Source: Octopus bimaculoides (taxonomy: Eukaryota). From it: a DNA stretch of 64,000 nucleotides. The stretch spans positions 9,331,378-9,395,377 of the forward strand of contig NC_068983.1 of assembly GCF_001194135.2 (NCBI RefSeq), written 5' to 3'. The notes under the pieces are model-generated. The model ran no database searches. It was not told the DNA's origin and was given only the letters and a program-made list of their open reading frames with translations. This document shows, piece by piece, positions 55,315 to 64,000 of this stretch. A program made the translations under genes and the position numbers. Positions within the stretch are counted from its first letter, which is position 1. Every line of letters starts with the position of its first letter.

Positions 55315-56459
55315 TGTGTGTGCATGTGTGTGTGTGAATGCTTCTATGTAAGTATATATTTATGTAAGTGTAAGGAGTATTCTCCCCCGAGAAATCAATT
55401 TTCACGCTGGCTTAGTTCCAGACCTTCGCCCGGTTAAAGATCAAACAAGTACATGACCTACAATTCCATTATTTTAGAGGTTGCGTACTTTAGAATCGTT
55501 TGCTTTACTGCCGCAACAATGAAGATAGAATTGGTGAAATAATGCATCCATACCGTTACACATAGAATAGAAATTTCTTTTATGAACTATGGAGGCTAAA
55601 TGTACAATGTTTATCTGTTAGTAAAAGTCTGGTCCGTTGATCAGGAAAAAAGAATGGAATGCAACTAACATAACATAGAATATATTTATTTGAGATAGAT
55701 TTTGGTTTGATTTTAAAGAATCCTTCGCTTTAGGAGTTGGTCACTTTGGAAAAGTAATCCCGTCAAGAAACAGTATGTATAATGATATAATTTTTTTTTA
55801 TCTCAGTTCGTCTCAGTTTCATTTTCCAGAGGAAACTTTTGAACTTGGTATCACGTAGCTTAAAGCAAAAGAAGCACGCACAAATACACACACACACACG
55901 CATACAACATGCGCATCATAAACACACATATATGCGCAGGACACGGGCGTACGCATACGTTCATGCTTTTCGTAAAGTGTTCATAACTCACTGCTAGTTT
56001 ATTTTAGTTTTTATAAATACGCTTAAGGTTTATCTAATAAAGGCTGTTTAAATTTCAAAGTCAAATGTTTGTATGTAAATAGTTAATAAAGTTTAAGATA
56101 GATAATATATAGAGAGGCAAAGAGGATTTGGATATTTTCTGTTGCTGTCAGTTTTCTATTTTTGTAAATTGTGTTGCAACTGTTTTCAAAATTGTAGTGA
56201 TGTTCTTTTATGCAAGTTCTGGAAATGAAATTAATTTTTGCCATAAATCAATAAATAAATGTTAACAGCTTTTAAACTATGAAAATTATAAATAATTGTG
56301 TGCCTGTTTCCATTGTAACATGCAAAATTGTAATCTGCTCCAGAAGGGGATGCAACGAGCCTTTGTCTGTCAGAAAAGTTACATGGTTGGAAGTTGGCAC
56401 CCTTCCTCTTAGGACTGTACTACTTTTCCCTCTTTACCCATAGGTCAAGGAATTGACTT

Positions 56460-56990
56460 TAATCCGGTTGTGCTTTGAAGAAATGGGGATAAGCCACTGC
56501 ATAACTGTTCGTAAAATATGTACGGAGGATCCGCTGTTCCATAACTTGAATCAGATACGCGGTCTTGGAAAGATTACTGAAACAGACGAAGTACTTTGCT
56601 CAAGCGAGGTAGTAAACGACGCTGTGGCACTCACCGTTCTATGGTTGATTCATATCTCTGCGAATTTATGTGGCGCAGAAGATATGAAAATTGTAAATTT
56701 GAGTATATCTGAAACCTTCGTTTTTGACTCTCCCTACAAAACTTGTATTAATTGAGCCGAAAAATTACTACAGTAGTATAATGTACATTTTTTTTTTTTT
56801 GTAACCTTTCGCAAAAACAAAAATTCATTGAGGAATTTTCCTCTTAGATTGTTTAAATGCCTATTTCACCATTTCACACGACTTTATTCATTTAGAACTT
56901 AATAAAAATTCCAAAACTTTTTACAACTTTCGTCGTCGTTGATTTTGTGATAGGTAGACATCACGGAGAAAATGCCAGCTTCCAAACCTT
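56460..56990 (+). mobile_element. Degraded Merlin (IS1595/ISXO2-like) transposase remnant
   Basis: EEMGISHCITVRKIC...NQIRGLGKITETDE resembles ELGIS..TVVDW..REVC..KIGGPGKIVEIDES; downstream RHHGENASFQTL. Confidence 0.5.
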
Positions 56991-57474
56991 GTTTTCTGAT
57001 TGGCTAAAACTTACCAATTTTAAACCTGAGTAACAGTTTAAAATTTTTTTTCTGGAACATGTGAATTACAAAATCATATTCAGCACGAAAAATTACATAA
57101 AAATACCAACGGAAAAAGCTCTGATGAATTTTCACAGAACTGACGTTACGATTTAAGAGAAGGGAAATATTTCTAATAATATTACACAAAACCCAAGAAA
57201 GACAAGACTGAATACCAAAATATTTAAAACTTTAAGCGACATATGCTATGGGATTAGACTATGGTATTTATTCAAAAGGATGAGAATAATCAAAAAAAAA
57301 AAAAAAAGAAAGGCGTCTTTAAGTAATTAAAAAAACTATTAGTAATGCATTTTTGGCGTTGTTTTCATTCCATATTTTGATAATTATCATTTTTTCTTGT
57401 TCTTCAATATAAACCCATCTTTCTGTTTCGTATGGTATTTCATACTTCTATTAATGATTTACAATTCTTTGACC

Positions 57475-57523
<49 letters not shown>

Positions 57524-57524
<1 letters not shown>

Positions 57525-57676
57525 ACGAGAAAGCAACCATACTCTGGGATATGCCAATACACACAGATAGAGAAATTAAGGCAAATAGACCAGATATAGT
57601 TGTCAAAGATCATGAAGAAAAAAAATGCTTTCTAATTGATGTATCAATACCAGCAGATGACAACGTTTCTCTCAAA
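57524..57676 (+). mobile_element. Fragment of an R4/Dong-like non-LTR element (restriction-like endonuclease domain) after (AAT)n
   Basis: NEKATILWDMPIHTDREIKANRPDIVVKDHEEKKCFLIDVSIPADDNVSLK carries the PD..D RLE motif with no stops; follows the (AAT)n run at 57475-57523. Confidence 0.85.
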
Positions 57677-57949
57677 TACACACGCACACACACACACATG
57701 CACGAAAGACTCGAAGTGACAGGGGCTCTTTATTCTTCCTTCTCGCAGTATTAATTATGTTTTATTTATGTTTTAGTCCGTAAATACATAGACCAATATA
57801 TCTTCATTAAAATTATAATATGAAAACATTCATTATGTAAAAACATATCTTTATATTTTCATTTTCGTATATGCAAATGCATAGATTGAAAAATTAAAAC
57901 ATTGAACTCGTTTTATTAAAGCAATATATACATACATATATACATATAT

Positions 57950-58141
<192 letters not shown>

Positions 58142-58216
58142 CGAGTAAGTGGATGAACAAAAGAGAAAGGCACCAAGCACATTTGTTAGCAGATACATGT
58201 ATTGTTTAAGCGTTTG

Positions 58217-58355
58217 ATCCGGCTCCACGCGACTTAAATTTCTGAGATCTCTAACAAAAGCCCGTCTCTATACGTCTCAGATTCCCGAATCTGAGCCTGA
58301 AACAGACGACCTTCTGTTAGAAGCCTGCGAAACTTTTTGTTGCATGCAGCCGGAT
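58217..58355. repeat. 139-bp imperfect palindrome
   Basis: atccggct/agccggat, ctaacaaaag/cttctgttag, cgtct/agacg and a perfect core ctcagatt-cccg-aatctgag. Confidence 0.8.
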
Positions 58356-58377
58356 GGAGCTGTTTGAAATAATATTG

Positions 58378-58409
<32 letters not shown>

Positions 58410-58475
58410 TATATATGTATGTACATACGTATGTATGTATATATATATGTGTATATATGTGCATGTATATATGTA

Positions 58476-58536
<61 letters not shown>

Positions 58537-59272
58537 TATAAATAAAGACACTTCCATTGTAAGAAGGAGATGATGTTCTATGGGTTACACTTCAGCGACC
58601 AGTATATATTGCGTCTGGAAATGCCTAGACATATTTAGTATAAACATACAAATAATCATTGTGTGTGTTTGTGCGTGTATATATGTATTAATGTGTGTAT
58701 GTGTGTATATATATCTGGATAAATATATATATATGTATATAAATATACATGCATACATATATAACATATATACATATGTGTGATTGTGTGTGTGTGTGTG
58801 AATGTATATTTGAAAACAATTATTGTTTTCTGATTATTCTTTGATACAATATTATGGACATACAGACATCATAACTTGAAATAAACCAATCAGACAACGC
58901 GGTGCAAAATTTATTAGGTCTTCCCGTGTTTATTTCGTATTGATTATTTTTGCCCATAGTTGAAATGAGGTTGTGCTGAGTGGTGCGTAGACGAGGAAAA
59001 CGTAAACTAATTCTTAATGGTTTTCATACGTTAGTGACAAAATTGTCCACGGCAAGGTCATATATTGCGATGTGACAAGTACTGGACATGTTAAAGTGGA
59101 ATGTCTACAGACGGAAATGAAATTCAAAGCCAAAGATTTGACCAAAGCTACACAGCCGATCGAGCAATCATTGAAGCAGAAAAGGCTGTCACCAAAAGGC
59201 TGTAAATAGCTGCTAACCAGATGAACAGAAACCAGGTATCATCCAATGTATTTATTTACTTAGATAATCAAT

Positions 59273-59493
59273 TTAACACTTTAGAACTTAAGCCGACCAT
59301 ACCAAACCCAAAATAATCTCCCAGATATTTTACCTCTTGTATGTTCAAACCGACCATATCTGATCTCTCACACCTATCGTACAATGTCATTCTATTATCG
59401 AAATGTTGAAGCTATGAGATAGTGCAAAGTTATTCAGAAAGAATTTAAATAAGTATTACATTTCACACAGATATATGAATGCTAAAGGGTGAA
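59273..59493. mobile_element. piggyBac-like MITE (~220 bp), decayed
   Basis: Ends ttaa|cactttagaa... and ...aatgctaaaggg|tgaa fit TTAA-CCCTTTAG termini with substitutions. Confidence 0.55.
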
Positions 59494-59748
59494 TCTACCG
59501 TATAAAGCGAGTAAGCCATGAGACACTAAGATAAGGTATATAAACTATAATAAACGAAGAAACGAAAAAGTGAAATAATGAAAATGGCTAACATGAAATA
59601 AGATAAGGAAAAATAATAAAGATATAGAACTGTGAAGTGGTTCGTTTTTTAAATCTTTTTGAAGCCTCCATACCAAGCTAAATGGTTGTTGGATCCTTAA
59701 AAATCACACATTTAATGAGAGTACTCCATTTTTTTTCTTTTATTTTAG

Positions 59749-59867
59749 ACCGTTTTCAAAATGGTTTCCCAAAGTTCATTCCTCAAGAACTTGCTAGTAG
59801 TCTCGCTACAAAAAAGGTATCTAAAAAACTGCTTCATGTCGTTGATTCAATGAAAGCCCGAAGATGA
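59749..59867 (+). CDS. Weak candidate coding exon, product unknown
   Basis: Strong acceptor ttttttttctttattttag at 59748; open frame (D)RFQNGFPKFIPQELASSLATKK, then either donor AAG|GTAT at 59816 or VSKKLLHVVDSMKARR* as a last exon. No family recognised. Confidence 0.25.
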
Positions 59868-60185
59868 TGAATATGATAATCATGTCTTTAACTGATGTTA
59901 CACAGATATTTCAAAACCTTGCTGGGACTGTGCGTTCAACATGAAACATCTGCCTGAAGCATTTAATGTACTATCTTAAAATTAGATAGCTACGATGTGG
60001 ATGATGTAAAAATGAGCGTTTTCTATTACAAGTTTTGACTATACAGGAACGTATACAAAATGACGCCACGCAAAATTAATCTTATTGAAGCTTAGAAAAA
60101 TTACATTCATAATTTCGGCCACCATCACGTTCTGGGTTCAAATTCCGCCGAGGTCGACTTTGCCTTTCATCTTTTCGGGTTCGAT

Positions 60186-60852
60186 AGAGGCCTACGCAAA
60201 TTTGCAGAAAGTGTATGGAGAGGAGTGTATTAGCTGCACACAAGTGTAAGAGTGCTTCAGACGTTTCCAAGATGGCAGGCGAAATGTTGTTATTGACGAA
60301 CGTTCTGGGAAATCCTCAACCAGCAGAACGGGAGAAAACATCGCAGATGTGCGTGCAGCTGTGAGGGGAAATCGTCGAATCACACTTCGTGAGTTGTCAA
60401 AGAGTCTGCAGATTAGTTACAGATCAGTTCAATCCATCATCACTGAAGATTTGGTTATGAGACGCGTGTATGCTAAGTTTGTGGCACTTTTACTTTCAGC
60501 TGACTAAAAAGACACTCGGGTTTTAGTTGAACAAGGTCTTCTTTGATTGTGTCAAGAACGATGAAAACTTGTTGAAAACCTTGCGTAGGCCTCTGAGCAG
60601 GTATCACTAAGCTTTGGTAAAATTTGATGGAGATTCTCTGCCCAAGCTTCTCCGTGATGATCAATACAACGGTCACACGCTGCACCCGTTCCCTTAAAGA
60701 ACTTCTGAAAACAGCAGAGGTGAGCTGGAACGTTAAAACTTAGTGCGCATGCACAGCAGAATTTAAGATCGATTCGTGCCAAGCGGCTTCACTGAGTGCT
60801 TTAGCTTCGTTACTATGGCAATAGTTCGGGTACTTATTGCTCAGACCATGTA
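60186..60852. mobile_element. Rearranged mariner element (5' end on - strand, HTH segment on + strand)
   Basis: + strand EAYANLQKVYGEEC...RRITLRELS...MRRVYAKFVALLL; - strand end tacatggtctgagcaataagtacccgaact followed by EKLGQRISIKF. Confidence 0.88.
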
Positions 60853-60863
60853 TAATATATATA

Positions 60864-60963
60864 NNNNNNNNNNNNNNNNNNNNNNNNNNNNNNNNNNNNN
60901 NNNNNNNNNNNNNNNNNNNNNNNNNNNNNNNNNNNNNNNNNNNNNNNNNNNNNNNNNNNNNNN
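60864..60963. other. Assembly gap (100 N)
   Basis: N run. Confidence 1.
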
Positions 60964-61073
60964 ACTTCGAGTCTTTCGTGCATGTGTGTGTGTGTGCGTG
61001 TGTATTTGAGAGAGTGTATATGTATGCGTGTGTGAGTGTGAAAATGGCGAAAGTGCAAACAGCAATAGTATAC

Positions 61074-61372
61074 ATTATTTACATTATTTACATTTGACGG
61101 GCATATGGCGTAGTGGTTAAGAGCGCGGGCTACTAACCCCAAGGTTCCGAGTTCGATTCACGGCAGCGACCTGATTAATAATAGTAATAATAATAATATA
61201 ATAATAATAGTAACATCGTTAGGAATGAGAACCCAGGTTCGAAATTTCCCAAGACACCTGACGAAGGCTGGAGGGTATATCAGCCGAAACGTTGTGTTAA
61301 CAACAAACAAGATGAGGAGAAATATCCGTCAAATGTAAATAATGTAAATAATTCCTCATCTCTTAAATATAG
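61074..61372 (+). mobile_element. tRNA-head SINE-like element with hammerhead-containing Penelope-like tail, 16-bp TSD
   Basis: TSD aacagcaatagtatac (61058-61073, 61373-61388); 27-bp inverted repeat 61074-61100/61326-61352; A-box tggcgtagtgg and B-box gagttcgattc; (AAT)n linker; hammerhead core. Confidence 0.85.
61254..61297 (+). ncRNA. Minimal type I hammerhead ribozyme motif
   Basis: acac-CUGACGA-A-GGCUG(gagggtatat)CAGCC-GAAAC-GUU-gtgt: conserved core, perfect 5-bp stem II, stem I acac/gtgt, short self-complementary stem III. Confidence 0.8.
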
Positions 61373-62269
61373 AACAGCAATAGTATACCAAGCACGACAC
61401 CAAATCTTTGACAGCTGAAATTAAAAGATATCGGGCAAAAGCCTACTTAAGACAATACGTCCCAGCGGCATTTCAACGGGGAACTCGAAGCACAATTTTT
61501 AAAGTTATACTCGTATTATTGCCCAATGTATAGGCAGAAATGCCAACGTATAAGATGACAGATCAACCCTAGCATAAAATACAGTATTATATGTAACCTG
61601 CTAAAATGTAAAAATACATATATTGTTTTGTCTCAATATGTAAACATTTTGACGATATTCAAGTATCATGTCAGCTACATGGTTTTCAAATAGCAGCCAA
61701 TATGCTACACGTTTTCTTAATGTACATTTATTACTTGGCATGCTCTTTAATACGGCTGCTTTTGCTCTCCAATCTCAAATCATCTTTTCTTTTTCATCAT
61801 CATAGTATTTTTCAGCTGCACAATTATTATATTCTTTGGCTAAGTTTTAAACTTGAGTCTTGCTTTATATTTCTGTATTTCTTCCTTTGGTTGGTGAGGG
61901 CGTTATGGAGTCTTATAATTGCTGGATTCTGATAATGTTATCCTTGTGGATGCTAGCAACAAAATGAACACTTGCTCCTCGGCCAAGTAGCTACCATTAA
62001 ACAACGGGGATATTGCCATGTGTTTGCTAGGTCTAGATTGACCTTGGATTGAATCAACATAAACAACAATGGTGACACATTAAGTTAACAGCAATATTAA
62101 GTACAATAACAACAAACAACGCGTTCAAGAAAACACACTCATCGCAATAACATTTGACATCACTCCCAGACTTCACATGACAAAACGAACAAGAATAACA
62201 ACAGCAACAACAACAATAACAACAAAACATTCAGCAATAGATTAGGCAGTGAAGAGTATACAATATGCT

Positions 62270-62425
62270 CAGGCGTGGTTGTGTGGTGGGAAGTTTGCTT
62301 CGCAACTACGTGGCCGGGTTCAGTCCAAGTGCGTGGCACCTTGGGCAAGCGTCTTCTGCTACAGCTACGGAGACACCAAAGACTTGTGTGTGGATTTGGT
62401 AGAAGGAAACTGAAAGAAGCACATC

Positions 62426-62480
<55 letters not shown>

Positions 62481-62585
62481 CGCGCGTATGTATGCGTATG
62501 TGTGTAGGTGCGTGTGTGTCTGTCTGTCTGTCTATCGCACCACATCGCTTGTCAACTGGCGTTCGTGCGTTTAAGTCCCCGTAGA
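62270..62585 (+). mobile_element. SINE family C, 3'-truncated
   Basis: Head caggcgtggttgtgtggt..., gcgtggcaccttgggcaagcgtcttc, internal (TG)n. Confidence 0.85.
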
Positions 62586-62747
62586 ACACAACCACCTCAG
62601 AAACATGCGTTCGTGAGGAGCGCCTTGCGCACTAATTGTTATAAAAAAAGGTTAGTAACAACACAAAACAATCACCAACTATGTCACATGTACAATGACA
62701 ACAAAACCGGAAACAGAACAACTTCAGAACAATATCAGTAACAACTA

Positions 62748-63175
62748 AGGCGGCGAGCTGGCAGAATCGTTAGCACGCCGGGTGAAATGCTTAGCGGCAT
62801 TTCGTCTACCGTTACGTTCTGAGTTCAAATTCCGCCGAGGTCCACTTTGCCTTTCATCCTTTCGGGGTCGATAAATTAAGTACCAGTTACGCACTGGGGT
62901 CGATGTAATCGAGTTGATCCCTTTGTCTGTCCTTGTTTGTCCCCTCTATGTTTAGCCCCTTTGTGGGCAATAAAGAAATAAGAATCGTTTGCACGCCGAG
63001 CAAAATGCTTAGCGACATTTCGTCCGTTTTTTCACATTCAGAGTTCAAATCCCGCCGAAGTCGACTCTGCCTTTCATTTGCTCAGGATCGATAAAATAAT
63101 TTCCTGTTGAAATCGGGGGTAGATGTAACTGGCTTAGCCCTCCTCCGAAACCGATGGCCTTATTACCGAAATTTT
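62748..63175 (+). mobile_element. Family A dimer (tail-B monomer + head-truncated monomer)
   Basis: Junction gggcaataaagaaataag|aatcgtttgcacgcc at ~62982. Confidence 0.9.
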
Positions 63176-63558
63176 AAATCAGTATCAGTAACTACAATAA
63201 GAACAAACGAAAACTTAAAACCCACGAAAACCTCATTAAGTTCACAGCAACAACAGCAAAACAAATATTGGAGGTCTGTACGTGGTTACTCGACCTGCTG
63301 GAAAGAAAAAAGTAAAAACCACCAAAGTCACCCAACTCGGATCACACATTGAAAGCATTAAACGAATGAAGACTTAAATGCGCCGTACTAAAACAGGAGA
63401 GTCAAAACTGGAATGTCTTACATTTTTAATGCAGGATTTCTCTGTCAGGTTAATCTAACATGGAGCTAATCAACAAATACAGCAACAGAGCCTAGACCTA
63501 CAAACGAAACGTTAGTAGTTGATAACACACCTACTACTACTAATTAATAATAATAATT

Positions 63559-63607
<49 letters not shown>

Positions 63608-63612
63608 TAATT

Positions 63613-63917
63613 TATTCTTTTATTGGCCACAAGGGCTCACATAGAATAACATTAAAAGACATACAACAACATTAAAGACAAAAACAGGACAATAGAATGT
63701 GTTTTCGCGTGGACACAATATAAATAACAATTAAAAATTAAGCAAATTAAACTCCCAATAGGGGAGGCGCTTTAAGGTCCTCGTGGAAAAAAACCCACAA
63801 AAGCCACTGGACAACAGGGCAAGATCTCTTCTTTTTGTTTTACAGGTGCACGCTCAGAATTGGTCCTTTCACACTGGCCATTCTTCCAACATTCACCCAT
63901 CTTTCAACGAACTTACT
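63613..63917 (-). mobile_element. 3' end of a Tx1/L1-like LINE (ORF2 C-terminus + 3' UTR)
   Basis: Minus strand SKFVERWVNVGRMASVKGPILSVHL* (F..RW motif), then a ~230-nt UTR ending cccttgtggccaataaaagaataaa next to a TAA/ATT run. Confidence 0.5.
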
Positions 63918-64000
63918 AGCTGGCAGAACCGTTAGCACGCCGGGCACAATACTTGGCGGTATTTCGTCTGCCGTTAAGAGAGAGAGAGAGGGAGGGAGAG

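Overview
AT-rich, microsatellite-dense eukaryotic DNA from a gapped draft assembly (7 N gaps). The SINE families and repeat landscape suggest an octopus genome (my recognition, not a database result). No intact protein-coding gene is supported; nearly all ORFs in the track are microsatellite or gap artefacts, and only one weak candidate exon (59749-59867) was found. The window is mostly transposable-element remains: about 40 copies of four tRNA-derived SINE families (labelled A-D here), a near full-length decayed Tc1, several mariner remnants and MITEs, and fragments of RTE, Tx1-like, R4/Dong-like, Helitron/Helentron, Merlin and piggyBac-like elements. The most interesting item is a ~300-bp TSD-flanked insertion (61074-61372) that joins a tRNA-like Pol III head to a minimal hammerhead ribozyme, with a Penelope-style inverted end. 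Also notable are a recurring dimeric SINE, a SINE/LINE shared 3' tail, stacked same-site SINE insertions, a minisatellite built from the RT YADD motif, and two long old palindromes. Protein-family calls rest on recalled motifs; coordinates of degraded copies are approximate.
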